A DNA stretch of 32,000 nucleotides from Vibrio vulnificus CMCP6 (GCF_000039765.1 NC_004459.3:2866104-2898103); one strand, 5' to 3'; shown: positions 17,074-26,621, counted from the stretch's first letter. Notes: generated from the letters alone by a model not told the origin. Translations and numbers: made by a program.

Positions 17074-17994
17074 ATGGAACACTTATCTTTTTTCTGGTTG
17101 CCGAATAATAAGGACTTACTGATTCAAGCGTTGGAAACTGAGTTCGCTCAACTGGTCGAGCAGTCGCTTGCTACTGGTAAAGTCGCTCTACCTCCAATCC
17201 CTGATGTTGTCTTAAAAATTCAACAACTTTGCACCCAAGAATCCACTGGCATCAACGATGTCGCTGAATGTCTTTTAGAAGACCCCGGGCTAGCCGCCAT
17301 TGTCATTAGAGTGGCAAACTCAGTCATTTTTAATCGCCGCAATATCACCTGTACCGATTTGACCACGGCAGTATCTCGACTCGGCATTCTAAGAGTCAGA
17401 GACATTGTCACCGCTCAGGCCATCGAGCAGTTGAAGCATTCTGTCAATCTTAACAAAGAGTGCAATGCGGTACTGATTAACAGCGCTGCCGTTTCTCGCC
17501 AATTGGGCGCTGTAATGGTGATGGTCGTCAATGCCTTTAGAAAACATGCGGCAGCAAAGTATGACTATTTAGAGCCAGAAAAAGCCTTGTTGGTTGGCCT
17601 ACTTGCGGATATTGGTCTGTTTTGCTTGGTCAATGAATACCACCTCTATCTGGATAAAGGAAACTACCTTGACCAACAAATCGCGCTACAAATATTCCAA
17701 ACTCGTTGTGCTGCGACCAGTAAATTAGTCTTGGAAAACTGGGAGTTTGATAGTGACTTCGTCGAAGTATCTTCCAATCAAGCTTATCGCTCTCAGCGTC
17801 AGGAAGTGACTTATCTCGATATTGCGCGTATCGCAAACCACTTATTAATGTTTAGAAACCAAGATGAACGAATTGATGACCACGAAGTGGAGTTTAATTT
17901 AGTGGGTGCTGAGGTGTTATTTGAATTGAGTAATTTATCAGAAGATGAATTCCAGGAAATGGTGAATCAAGTACTTAATTCAAGTGGCTTTTAA
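17074..17994 (+). CDS. HDOD domain-containing signalling protein
   Basis: 306 aa. N-terminal half has the typical HDOD pattern (LPPIPDVVLKIQQL...INDVAECLLEDPGLAAIVIRVANSVIF...TAVSRLGILRVRDIV). No obvious SD. Confidence 0.85.
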   Translation: MEHLSFFWLPNNKDLLIQALETEFAQLVEQSLATGKVALPPIPDVVLKIQQLCTQESTGINDVAECLLEDPGLAAIVIRVANSVIFNRRNITCTDLTTAVSRLGILRVRDIVTAQAIEQLKHSVNLNKECNAVLINSAAVSRQLGAVMVMVVNAFRKHAAAKYDYLEPEKALLVGLLADIGLFCLVNEYHLYLDKGNYLDQQIALQIFQTRCAATSKLVLENWEFDSDFVEVSSNQAYRSQRQEVTYLDIARIANHLLMFRNQDERIDDHEVEFNLVGAEVLFELSNLSEDEFQEMVNQVLNSSGF

Positions 17995-18085
17995 TACCTC
18001 CCTTTTTATGACATCGCATTAGCTTTTATAAAAACCACTTTTGATGTTATTCAATCGGTAACGTGTCTCTCTTTAAGGTAAAGTC

Positions 18086-18120
18086 TTCATCCCAGTTATT
18101 TCGTCGAAAACTGGGATGAA
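18086..18120. repeat. Perfect 12-bp inverted repeat (hairpin) in the HDOD-lysO intergenic region
   Basis: TTCATCCCAGTT-atttcgtcgaa-AACTGGGATGAA. There is no flanking T-run on either strand, so it is not a canonical terminator. It is not repeated elsewhere in the window. Confidence 0.6.
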
Positions 18121-18340
18121 ATCACGTAATAATATCACCCACAACCAATCATTCATCAGCTCAATAAATTTTACCTCACTGAGTCCTCTCTCAACTTAGC
18201 ATTCTAAAATTTAAGGCTTTCTATTGAGATGTGATGGTTACTTCACATTAATTTCATGATAGTTTTACACCGTTGAATGGACTCAACGTCCCACGTACAT
18301 ATCTAACATTTCGCACTATCAATCTTACTCGGGAGCCTGC

Positions 18341-19246
18341 ATGCTGTCAGGGATGCTGTTTATCTTCGCCCCACTTGTGGTGGGGTATTTAATACCAATC
18401 GCTAATCCTTCTACATTGGCTAAGATCAATAAGATTACATCACATCTTATCTATGTGATTTTATCGCTGATGGGATTAAGTTTGGCTGCGTTAGACAACC
18501 TGAGTGCAAATTTACAGGTCATCCTCACTTACACTGGCACTTTTTTCCTTTGCTTAGGTTTGTGTAATTTAGCCGTGCTTCCTCTTGTTGATCGTCTTTT
18601 GCCCGTTGAGACAGATACCTCACAAAAAAAGCCACCTCTTTCAGCCATGGCGATGGAGTCCTTAAAGCTTATTTTTGTTGTCGGTGGCGGCCTGCTTATT
18701 GGCCTCATGTTGCCGATCAGTTTAGATTGGGTAGACACCGCCAGTGAGTGGATTCTTTTCGTTTTACTTTTCTTTATTGGTATTCAACTGCGTAACAGTG
18801 GCCTAACCCTAAGGCAGATTCTCCTGAACAAACAAGGTATGGTCATCGCTTTAGTCATCATAAGCACCTCTATGGTTGGTGGCCTAATTGCAGGAAAAAT
18901 TCTTGATATTCCAACTTACCAGGCGCTTGCCATGGCATCGGGCTTTGGTTGGTACTCACTGGCGGGCATTCTGATGGGAGATGCCTTTGGTCCTATCTTC
19001 GGCGGAGCATCCTTTATGATTGAACTACTGCGCGAATTGTTAGCGCTGGTGGTCATCCCTTTATTGATTCGTTCTCGCCCCTGCACCGCAATTGGCTACG
19101 CTGGCGCAACTGCGATGGATTTTACTTTGCCTGTGATTCAAACCACTGGCGGAGTACGTTGTGTTCCCATAGCCATAGTAAGTGGCTTTATTCTGAGCCT
19201 ATTAGTGCCGGTATTAATGCTATTCTTTGTGTCACTTGCTAGCTAG
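18341..19246 (+). CDS. lysO: Lysine exporter LysO (YbjE family)
   Basis: Colinear with E. coli YbjE/LysO (M.SG.L.I..PL.VGYLIP; LD NL..NL; GIQLRN.G.TL.QI.LN; ALAMASGFGWYSL.GIL; GATSMDFTLPV.Q.TGG). GGGAG SD. Confidence 0.93.
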   Translation: MLSGMLFIFAPLVVGYLIPIANPSTLAKINKITSHLIYVILSLMGLSLAALDNLSANLQVILTYTGTFFLCLGLCNLAVLPLVDRLLPVETDTSQKKPPLSAMAMESLKLIFVVGGGLLIGLMLPISLDWVDTASEWILFVLLFFIGIQLRNSGLTLRQILLNKQGMVIALVIISTSMVGGLIAGKILDIPTYQALAMASGFGWYSLAGILMGDAFGPIFGGASFMIELLRELLALVVIPLLIRSRPCTAIGYAGATAMDFTLPVIQTTGGVRCVPIAIVSGFILSLLVPVLMLFFVSLAS

Positions 19247-19443
19247 ATCGCATGATGGTGGATTCATTTCCGCTACACTAGCGAACAAAAATAATAACAT
19301 ACCTAAACTACTGGGATTTGCAGGTAGACGGTAAACCAATGGACTTCCATGCGCATAGGTCACTGTGTTTTTGGGGTCATTGAACTCAACCCGATCCACT
19401 ACTGCTTCACGTAGAAAGGATATCGCTCAAAAAAGGAATCACT

Positions 19444-19956
19444 ATGAAACGCTTCGTTGTTGCTCTAATGCTAGCGTCTACATCATCTTTTGCATTGGCA
19501 GCGAATGACCAATGTTTGGCCCAAAAATACGATGCGTACATCGATGCATCACTAAACTGGTATTCAGATCTTGCTGAGCTCACTAGCAGCAAATACCCAG
19601 ATTTAACCGAAGTCAGCAACTGGTTTTTAGAAGGTCGAAAACATCATTTCGAACTCAACCGAGCTGCCGTACACTATTATCTCAAACATGACCCAAGCCG
19701 AGTATCCGTCGATAAACCGATTGAAAGTTGGCTTCAGCTTGAGCAAAGTGATATTAAACAGCTGGCGAGTCGTAGCGATGAGCTTGGTGAAATTGCACAA
19801 CGCACGTTTAATGATCGCCAAGCGGCTAATCATGAGAAAAACTATGAGCTTCGCTCTGCTTTCGCCGATTTATTGAGCCATCCTCAACAGATCGACACCG
19901 CCTTGTCGCGATACAATAAAGCCATCGCAAAAGTAGACGAAGTTAAGTGTCAATAA
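19444..19956 (+). CDS. Secreted/periplasmic hypothetical protein
   Basis: 170 aa. Signal peptide MKRFVVALMLASTSSFALA. The mature part is helical and charged, with Cys only near each end (C24, C169). AAGGAA SD. Followed by a terminator. I recognise no family. Confidence 0.75.
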   Translation: MKRFVVALMLASTSSFALAANDQCLAQKYDAYIDASLNWYSDLAELTSSKYPDLTEVSNWFLEGRKHHFELNRAAVHYYLKHDPSRVSVDKPIESWLQLEQSDIKQLASRSDELGEIAQRTFNDRQAANHEKNYELRSAFADLLSHPQQIDTALSRYNKAIAKVDEVKCQ

Positions 19957-19996
19957 GCCTTTCCCTTTCTATTCAGTAAACGATGATTTGTTAATT

Positions 19997-20025
19997 AAAA
20001 CGGGACATTGTTCCCGTTTTGGTTT
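19997..20025 (+). terminator. Rho-independent terminator after the 170-aa gene
   Basis: AAAACGGGA-cattgt-TCCCGTTTT followed by GGTTT. It lies inside the track's TTG-extended 5' end of the next ORF, which argues against that extension. Confidence 0.75.
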
Positions 20026-20071
20026 AGATTGTCTCGCTCGAACGACTAGTATAATTAAATCGATTTGTTAT

Positions 20072-21733
20072 ATGGCAATGGAACAAAAAACCGCTGATGT
20101 CAGCTTTGATAGCCTACTGAAGATCTTCACTATCCCAGAGGGTCCTGATTCAACACTGACTCAAATCGAAGCAAAGCTCTCACAAAACTTAAACAAATTC
20201 CTCGGTGAACACATCGTGGCAGAAGAAAAGCCTTTACGTGAAATCGAGAAAGACTTTTCTTCTGCTCAGATCCCAGAGCGACCGTCCTTTGTCTCAGACC
20301 ATACTGAGCACCTACTCAATACTTTGGTATCGCACTCTGTGCATACGTCGTCACCCAGTTTTATCGGTCATATGACTTCTGCGCTCCCATACTTTTTGAT
20401 GCCTCTATCAAAAATCATGATTGCGCTAAACCAAAACTTGGTAAAAATCGAGACATCGAAAGCCTTTACGCCGCTCGAGCGTCAGGTTTTAGGTATGTTA
20501 CATCGCTTAATTTATTCGCAAGATGAAGCGTTTTACTCTCATTGGATGCACAGTGCAGAGCACTCCTTAGGGGCGTTTTGTTCAGGTGGAACCATCGCCA
20601 ACATCACGGCCCTTTGGGTAGCACGTAACAATGCGTTACGTGCGCAAGGCGACTTTAAAGGTGTTGAGAAAGAAGGGCTTTTCCGTGCGATGAAACACTA
20701 TGGCTACGAAGGGCTTGCGGTGTTGGTTTCTGAGCGTGGTCATTACTCGCTAAAAAAAGCCGCGGATGTTCTAGGTATTGGCCAAGCAGGCTTGGTGGCC
20801 ATCAAAACCGACGAAAACAATCGTGTTTGTCCCGATGCTCTCGAAGCGAAAATTAAAGAGTTGCAAGCGCAAAACATCAAACCATTTGCCGTCATCGGAG
20901 TAGCAGGGACAACGGAGACGGGTAGCGTCGATCCATTAGCAGAAATGGCAAAAATTTGCCAAAAATATGGCTGTCATTTCCATGTTGACGCGGCTTGGGG
21001 CGGCGCAACATTAATGTCAAACAAGTATCGCTCCCTACTCGATGGTGTTGAACTTGCCGACTCTGTGACGATTGACGCGCATAAGCAACTGTATATCCCA
21101 ATGGGCGCAGGAATGGTGCTATTCAAAGATCCTAACGCAATGAAATCGATCGAGCATCACGCTCAATATATTCTGCGGAAAGGTTCTAAAGACTTGGGTA
21201 GTCACACACTAGAAGGTTCTCGTTCAGGCATGGCAATGTTGGTTTATGCCAGCATGCATATCATCAGCCGCCCTGGCTACGAGCTGCTCATCAATCAAAG
21301 TATTGAAAAAGCAAAATACTTTGCTGATTTGATCAAACAACAGGATGATTTTGAGCTGATCTCCGAACCTGAGCTTTGTCTGCTCACCTATCGCTATATC
21401 CCAGCTCGAGTGAAACAAGCCTTAGCTGCAGCCAACGCAAAACAACAATTAGAGCTCAACGAGCTACTGAATGAACTCACCAAGTTCACTCAAAAACGCC
21501 AACGTGAGACTGGTCGCTCATTTGTATCGCGCACACGCCTTAATCCCGCACATTGGTCTCGCATGAACACCATTGTTTTCCGCGTTGTGTTGGCAAACCC
21601 ACTGACCAGCTTTGACATCCTTGCATCCGTGTTGGAAGAACAAAGAAATATCATTGTTCATCAAGCGCCAAATCTGTTGGCAAAAATCAACAAGTTAGCA
21701 GATGGCATTCTAACCAGCACTCAGTCGAGCTGA
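20072..21733 (+). CDS. Group II PLP-dependent decarboxylase, probably PanP-type aspartate 1-decarboxylase
   Basis: ~553 aa from ATG 20072 (or 20078). Group II decarboxylase hallmarks: GGTIANITAL, HVDAAWGG, and PLP-Lys motif SVTIDAHKQLYIPMGAGMV. Size and sequence resemble the Vibrionaceae putative pyridoxal-dependent aspartate 1-decarboxylase family (from memory). Substrate is not provable from sequence alone. Confidence 0.85.
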   Translation: MAMEQKTADVSFDSLLKIFTIPEGPDSTLTQIEAKLSQNLNKFLGEHIVAEEKPLREIEKDFSSAQIPERPSFVSDHTEHLLNTLVSHSVHTSSPSFIGHMTSALPYFLMPLSKIMIALNQNLVKIETSKAFTPLERQVLGMLHRLIYSQDEAFYSHWMHSAEHSLGAFCSGGTIANITALWVARNNALRAQGDFKGVEKEGLFRAMKHYGYEGLAVLVSERGHYSLKKAADVLGIGQAGLVAIKTDENNRVCPDALEAKIKELQAQNIKPFAVIGVAGTTETGSVDPLAEMAKICQKYGCHFHVDAAWGGATLMSNKYRSLLDGVELADSVTIDAHKQLYIPMGAGMVLFKDPNAMKSIEHHAQYILRKGSKDLGSHTLEGSRSGMAMLVYASMHIISRPGYELLINQSIEKAKYFADLIKQQDDFELISEPELCLLTYRYIPARVKQALAAANAKQQLELNELLNELTKFTQKRQRETGRSFVSRTRLNPAHWSRMNTIVFRVVLANPLTSFDILASVLEEQRNIIVHQAPNLLAKINKLADGILTSTQSS

Positions 21734-21835
21734 GTCCAAACAAGTAACAGCAAAATGAAATTTTCTTTCGTTTTGCTGTAACTTCGACGTCAATATTGTG
21801 CCAGACTAAGAGCAATTACGCGCTTGAACATCCAG

Positions 21836-21854
21836 TTTTGTAGTTTAAACAAAA
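21836..21854. promoter_or_regulatory. Candidate HexR operator upstream of hexR
   Basis: TTTTGT-agtttaa-ACAAAA contains TTGT-N7-ACAA, the pseudo-palindrome reported for Pseudomonas HexR. It lies ~190 bp upstream of the hexR ATG. The match to the enterobacterial/Shewanella-type TGTAAT..ATTACA motif is only partial. Confidence 0.3.
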
Positions 21855-22043
21855 TTTTGTTTGAGGCTTGTCAAATTCTCACCAAATAGTATGGCTATTT
21901 GGTTTAGACCCATTGAGTAATAGGTTTATACTCATTTCATGGCGCTGATAGCCGTTTATCAATTGGGGTATGCACTTTGCCCAAGAGCAGTCGTTGCCCA
22001 ATGATAAAATCAGCGAGTTGTTCTCTATGCCCTCGTGAACACT

Positions 22044-22898
22044 ATGAACACATTAGAAAAAATTCAAAAAAATCTGGAGAATTTCAGTAAATCTGAACGC
22101 AAGGTTGCCGAAGTAATCATGGCGTCTCCACAAACAGCTATTCACTCTAGCATTGCTACATTGGCCAAAATGGCCGATGTCAGTGAGCCTACGGTTAACC
22201 GTTTTTGCCGTCGCTTGGATACGAAAGGTTTCCCTGACTTTAAACTGCACTTAGCACAGAGTCTGGCGAATGGTACCCCTTATGTAAACCGTAACGTCGA
22301 AGAAGACGATGGCCCTGACGCCTACACGCATAAGATTTTTGAATCGACTATGGCGTGCTTGGATGTTGCCAAAAATAGCTTAGATCCTATGCAAGTGAAT
22401 CGTGCTGTGGATTTGCTAACTCAAGCAAAACGCATCTCTTTCTTTGGATTAGGTGCCTCTTCTGCCGTGGCGAAAGACGCGCAAAACAAGTTTATTCGAT
22501 TTAATATCCCGATTACTTGTTTTGAAGATGTCGTGATGCAACGCATGAGTTGCATTAACTGCAGTGACAATGACGTATTTGTTCTCATCTCACATACAGG
22601 CCGCACTAAGAGCTTAGTGGAGATCGCAAATCTTGCTCGAGAGAATGGCGCAACCGTTATTGCAGTGACAGCAAAAGATTCACCTTTGGAAAAAGCGGCC
22701 TCATTAGCCATTTCTCTCGACGTACCAGAAGATACCGACGTGTATATGCCAATGGCGAGCCGTGTGGTTCAAATGACCGTTATCGATGTACTTGCGACGG
22801 GCTTTACTTTACGCCGAGGAACCGGTTTTAGAGAAAATCTCAAGCGCGTCAAAGAGGCGTTGAAAGACAGCCGATACGACAAACTTACGCATTTCTAA
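22044..22898 (+). CDS. hexR: RpiR-family central carbon metabolism regulator HexR
   Basis: Near-colinear with E. coli HexR (LEKIQ..LE..SKSERKVAEVI.ASP..AIHSSIA..A..A.VSEPTVNRFCR..DT.GFPDFKLHLAQSLANGTPYVNRNV.EDD; SIS domain LISHTGRTK.LVE.A.LAREN; YMPM.SR..Q.TVIDVLATGFTLRRG). ATG 22044 matches the E. coli N-terminus. The GTG at 22035 is less likely. Confidence 0.96.
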   Translation: MNTLEKIQKNLENFSKSERKVAEVIMASPQTAIHSSIATLAKMADVSEPTVNRFCRRLDTKGFPDFKLHLAQSLANGTPYVNRNVEEDDGPDAYTHKIFESTMACLDVAKNSLDPMQVNRAVDLLTQAKRISFFGLGASSAVAKDAQNKFIRFNIPITCFEDVVMQRMSCINCSDNDVFVLISHTGRTKSLVEIANLARENGATVIAVTAKDSPLEKAASLAISLDVPEDTDVYMPMASRVVQMTVIDVLATGFTLRRGTGFRENLKRVKEALKDSRYDKLTHF

Positions 22899-22942
22899 TC
22901 GCAAGCCAATTCTGGTTGAAAGCGATACTCTCAATACGAATC

Positions 22943-22970
22943 ACGGAGCCTGACGGCTCCGTTATTTTAT
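22943..22970 (+). terminator. Rho-independent terminator after hexR
   Basis: ACGGAGCC-tgac-GGCTCCGT followed by TATTTTAT. It abuts the stop codon of the convergent alcohol dehydrogenase gene. Confidence 0.8.
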
Positions 22971-24209
22971 CTCATTCCCCATTTCGAGATTGTAGTCTTC
23001 ACTCTCGATAAACTGTGCGCATCCAGTGGCTTCTTGCTGGGTTTGCTCAGAACGCAAACGGCACTGACAAACTTGCTCCAATATATAGATCAACCTCGCT
23101 TTAGTCAGTGGCAAAGGGTTTCCTTTAATCGCAACTGAGCGCAAGGCATCTTCCGCGACCGCATCAAACGATGTCGAACAGACACCAAACTGACTCAGCT
23201 CAGGAAGCTGCAACTTATCCAAGACACCTTTAACCCATTCCACGCCTTCTAACTCACTAGCGTCACCATTTTTTGTGACCAATCGAGCCAAAGACTTATA
23301 ACGAGTGAGCACGTCGGCTCTGCCCGCTTCTCGCGCCGCCATAATATTTTCGTTCATCACATGTGGCGCGAGCTGCGCAGTGATCACACTGTGTGGTGCA
23401 TCCAGCTTTCCACCAAGGGCTGAAGCTAAACCATGAGCCGCACCTAATTTAGCATTGGTGATCGCCATTCCACCGAGCATTGCGGAAAATGCCAAGTCTG
23501 AGCGCGCTTTGTAATCATCTTGTAAGCAACCCGGAATGATAGAGTGACTTAATCGTCGTAGCCCTTCTTCACATATCATATCCGTCAGCGGATTCGGCTC
23601 ACCACAGACATAGGCTTCCATTAAATGGGTAAAGGCATCCATCGCGCCACGGCCGGATGTATAGGCATCAGTACCATAGGTGAGTGTCGGGTCGACAATC
23701 GCCACATCGGCAAGCATATCCGGACTGCGCAGACTCACTTTCACTTTATCCTGTCCCGATTTTAATACCGCATTTCGCGTCACTTCCGATCCAGTGCTGG
23801 CCGTCGTCGGAATGGCGATAAAGTGTATAGGTTGTGTTTTTAATGGCACATTTCTGCCCACCACTTCGACGTAGTCGTACACATCGCCTTGATTGGGGAT
23901 GATCGCAGCCAGCGCTTTACCCATATCAATAACACTCCCCCCACCAATAGCGACAACCATGTCTGGCTTAAACTTTCTACCTATGACGGCCGTTTCCTCC
24001 ACCATAGTAATATTAGGTTCACCACTGATCGCGACATGCTGATAACGAATATTCTGTGATTTGAAATAGCCAATAATGGGCATCGCCCTCGCAAGATCTT
24101 TTCCTGTGACCAATAAAGCACTGTAACCAAACTGACTGAGGATAGAGAGTGAGGACTGTAACGCGCCTTCGCCAAAAATAATTCGTGTTGCGGTCATAAA
24201 CTGGAACAT
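22962..24209 (-). CDS. Iron-containing (group III) alcohol dehydrogenase
   Basis: ~415 aa from ATG 24209 (AAGAGG SD ~9 nt upstream). Fe-ADH motifs: GGGSVIDMGKA, IAIPTTASTGSEVT, metal-binding His region AFTH..EAY / AAHG.ASALGG. It has a ~35-aa acidic, Cys-containing C-terminal tail beyond the usual fold. The track's start at 24305 is rejected. Confidence 0.88.
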   Translation of the reverse strand: MFQFMTATRIIFGEGALQSSLSILSQFGYSALLVTGKDLARAMPIIGYFKSQNIRYQHVAISGEPNITMVEETAVIGRKFKPDMVVAIGGGSVIDMGKALAAIIPNQGDVYDYVEVVGRNVPLKTQPIHFIAIPTTASTGSEVTRNAVLKSGQDKVKVSLRSPDMLADVAIVDPTLTYGTDAYTSGRGAMDAFTHLMEAYVCGEPNPLTDMICEEGLRRLSHSIIPGCLQDDYKARSDLAFSAMLGGMAITNAKLGAAHGLASALGGKLDAPHSVITAQLAPHVMNENIMAAREAGRADVLTRYKSLARLVTKNGDASELEGVEWVKGVLDKLQLPELSQFGVCSTSFDAVAEDALRSVAIKGNPLPLTKARLIYILEQVCQCRLRSEQTQQEATGCAQFIESEDYNLEMGNEIK

Positions 24210-24389
24210 ACTGCATTGCCTCTTAATATTAGAAACTACGAGTAAAATCTTAGGTGTCGTTTCACTTTGCCTATCTTTGTACGTAAAAAAATTGACCAAG
24301 TGCAATTTGTTGCCAATAACCTTAATTTTTATAAGACTTTATAGCCCGCCTCACACTGCAGATTGGAAAAACTGTTTAACTCTTATTCA

Positions 24390-24426
24390 ATAGTTTTTTC
24401 CTATCGAAACAACAGGCATTTGTCTC
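24390..24426 (+). promoter_or_regulatory. Candidate OxyR binding site upstream of grxA
   Basis: ATAGttttttcCTATcgaaacaACAGgcatttgTCTC compared with the OxyR tetranucleotide pattern ATAG-N7-CTAT-N7-ATAG-N7-CTAT. The first half is perfect and the second half degenerate. It ends 58 nt upstream of the grxA ATG. grxA is OxyR-activated in E. coli. Confidence 0.4.
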
Positions 24427-24483
24427 TTTATTTCCGCTTACGGATCGGGCATAGTTGCGGTATCAAAATAAAGGAGAAAGAAC

Positions 24484-24747
24484 ATGTTCGTAGTTATTTT
24501 TGGTCGTCCGGCATGCCCTTACTGTGTTCGTGCTAAAGAACACGCAGAAACTCTTAAAGCAAAGCGCGACGATTTCAACTACCGTTACGTAGACATCCAA
24601 GCGGAAGGCATTTCTAAAGCTGACCTAGAAAAAACCGTTGGCAAACCCGTTGAAACGGTTCCACAAATCTTCATCGATCAACAGCACATCGGTGGTTGTG
24701 ATGACTTCGAAGCTTACGCAAAAGAGCATCTTGGCCTGTTCGATTAA
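24484..24747 (+). CDS. grxA: Glutaredoxin 1
   Basis: 87 aa. Colinear with E. coli GrxA (VIFGR..CPYCVRAK..AE.L...RDDF.Y.YVDI.AEGI.K.DL....GKPVETVPQIFIDQQHIGG). AAGGAG SD. Confidence 0.96.
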   Translation: MFVVIFGRPACPYCVRAKEHAETLKAKRDDFNYRYVDIQAEGISKADLEKTVGKPVETVPQIFIDQQHIGGCDDFEAYAKEHLGLFD

Positions 24748-24758
24748 TCGAATCTATG

Positions 24759-24786
24759 AAACCCGCTTCTAAGCGGGTTTTTTATT
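24759..24786 (+). terminator. Rho-independent terminator after grxA
   Basis: AAACCCGC-ttctaa-GCGGGTTT followed by TTTTATT. Confidence 0.85.
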
Positions 24787-24917
24787 GCTTTTTGTTGTCG
24801 CTGGTTCAAAACAACGTAACTAATTACAGAACTTAAAAAATTTCACTTATCTTTTATTGATATTTCGTTACAATCCGAGTTTAACCCTGTTCCTGAACCA
24901 AACTTTTGAGCGACAAC

Positions 24918-26600
24918 GTGAACATAGACGTCGTACTTCTTCTTCAACAAAATCCAATACTGCTGATTTTTGTTGTATTGGCTATTGGTCTTGCCTTTGG
25001 AAAAGTCCGTATTGCAAACATGCAATTAGGAAATTCAATTGGTGTCTTAATTACTTCACTCATCATGGGTCACTTGGGCTTCTCGTTTAATGCAGAAGCG
25101 CTCACCATTGGCTTTATGCTGTTCATTTACTGTGTTGGTATTGAGGCCGGCCCGAACTTTTTTGGTATTTTCTTCCGCGATGGAAAACACTACTTCACAC
25201 TGAGTATGGTGGTGTTGGTGACAGCGGTGTCTATCTCCTATTTTGCTAGCCACTATATGGGCCTCGATTTTGGTCTCTCTGCGGGGATGATGGCAGGCGC
25301 ATTAACGGCGACTCCGGTCTTGGTAGGTGCACAAGATGCGCTCAACTCAGGTTTGGCAACCATCCCGAGAAACATGGAGTTTTCACTGGTTTTAGAAAAC
25401 TTGTCTGTGGGTTACGCCATGGCTTACCTTGTCGGTCTTATTAGCATGATTATGTTCGCTAAATTGCTACCAAGACTGCAAAAGCAAAACCTCTCTGATT
25501 CTGCGCAGCAAATTGCTCAAGAGCGTGGTTTGGGAGGCTCTGGACAACGTAAGGTTTACCTACCGATTATTCGAGCTTACCGAGTGGGTCCAGAGCTGAT
25601 CAACTGGACTGACGGTAAAAACCTACGCGAATTGGGTATTTATCGTCAAACCGGCTGTTATATCGAACGAATTCGACGCCATGGCATCCTCGCCCATCCA
25701 GATGGTGATGCTATTTTGCAAGAAGGTGATGAAATTGCGCTGGTAGGCTTTCCCGACAGCCATGCACGTCTGGATCCAAGCTTCCGCAACGGCAAGGAAG
25801 TTTTTGACCGTAACCTTCTCGACCTTCGAATTGTCGAAGAAGAAATCGTTGTAAAAAGTGATGCGATCGCAGGCAAGCGATTATCCGATCTCAATCTATC
25901 GGAATATGGCTGTTTCCTTAACCGCGTTATCCGCGCGCAAATTGAGATGCCGATGGATCTCGATATCGTGCTTGCGAAAGGTGATATTTTACAGGTCAGT
26001 GGCGAAAAAAGCCGTGTGCATGGCCTTGCAGAGAGAATCGGCTTTATCTCGATTCACAGCCAAATCGCGGACCTACTCGCTTTCTGTAGTTTCTTTATCT
26101 TAGGCATTATGTTCGGTTTGGTCACCATGACATTTGGCCAAGTTTCTTTTAGCTTGGGCAATGCTGTCGGCCTACTGCTTTCGGGTATCACGCTAGGTTT
26201 CTTGCGAGCAAACCACCCAACGTTTGGTTATGTACCGCAAGGGGCTTTGAACATGGTTAAAGATCTAGGGCTGATGATCTTTATGGTCGGCATCGGTTTA
26301 AGTGCAGGTGGAAAAATGTTTGAACACCTGACACAAGTCGGTCCGCAGATCATTGGTATCGCGTTTTTGGTCAGTGTCGTCCCGGTCTTTTTTGCTTATT
26401 TGGTTGGGGCTTATGTGCTGAAAATGAACCGAGCACTGCTATTTGGCGCCATCATCGGTGCGAGGACATGTGCACCCGCAATGGACATTGTTAACGAGTA
26501 CGCCAAATCAACGATTCCAGCATTAGGTTATGCTGGCACTTACGCGATTGCCAATATCTTAATGACCTTAGCAGGCACCATTTTGATCATACTCAGCTAA
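24918..26600 (+). CDS. ybjL: AAE-family (aspartate:alanine exchanger family) transporter YbjL with two central TrkA-C/RCK-C domains
   Basis: Near-colinear with E. coli YbjL (LGNSIGVL; GFMLFI.CVG.EAGPNFF.IFFRDGK.Y; [85 protein letters not shown]; C-terminal [12 protein letters not shown]). GTG 24918 matches the E. coli MNI start. TTG 24906 is an alternative. Confidence 0.94.
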   Translation: MNIDVVLLLQQNPILLIFVVLAIGLAFGKVRIANMQLGNSIGVLITSLIMGHLGFSFNAEALTIGFMLFIYCVGIEAGPNFFGIFFRDGKHYFTLSMVVLVTAVSISYFASHYMGLDFGLSAGMMAGALTATPVLVGAQDALNSGLATIPRNMEFSLVLENLSVGYAMAYLVGLISMIMFAKLLPRLQKQNLSDSAQQIAQERGLGGSGQRKVYLPIIRAYRVGPELINWTDGKNLRELGIYRQTGCYIERIRRHGILAHPDGDAILQEGDEIALVGFPDSHARLDPSFRNGKEVFDRNLLDLRIVEEEIVVKSDAIAGKRLSDLNLSEYGCFLNRVIRAQIEMPMDLDIVLAKGDILQVSGEKSRVHGLAERIGFISIHSQIADLLAFCSFFILGIMFGLVTMTFGQVSFSLGNAVGLLLSGITLGFLRANHPTFGYVPQGALNMVKDLGLMIFMVGIGLSAGGKMFEHLTQVGPQIIGIAFLVSVVPVFFAYLVGAYVLKMNRALLFGAIIGARTCAPAMDIVNEYAKSTIPALGYAGTYAIANILMTLAGTILIILS

Positions 26601-26621
26601 CCAAACACACTCTTTGGATAC

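Noticed and set aside
17995-18340. Possible lysine riboswitch upstream of lysO
   Set aside because: None of the conserved L-box core elements that I remember (GAGGCGC-type 5' helix, conserved internal-loop purines) are present, and there is no terminator/antiterminator arrangement.
19988-20071. TTG-initiated N-terminal extension of the PLP decarboxylase
   Set aside because: The extension runs straight through the terminator hairpin of the upstream gene (19997-20025). The homologous N-terminus begins at MAMEQK.
24210-24305. N-terminal extension of the alcohol dehydrogenase
   Set aside because: The Fe-ADH fold starts at MFQFMTATRIIFGEG. ATG 24209 has an AAGAGG SD, and the extension has none.
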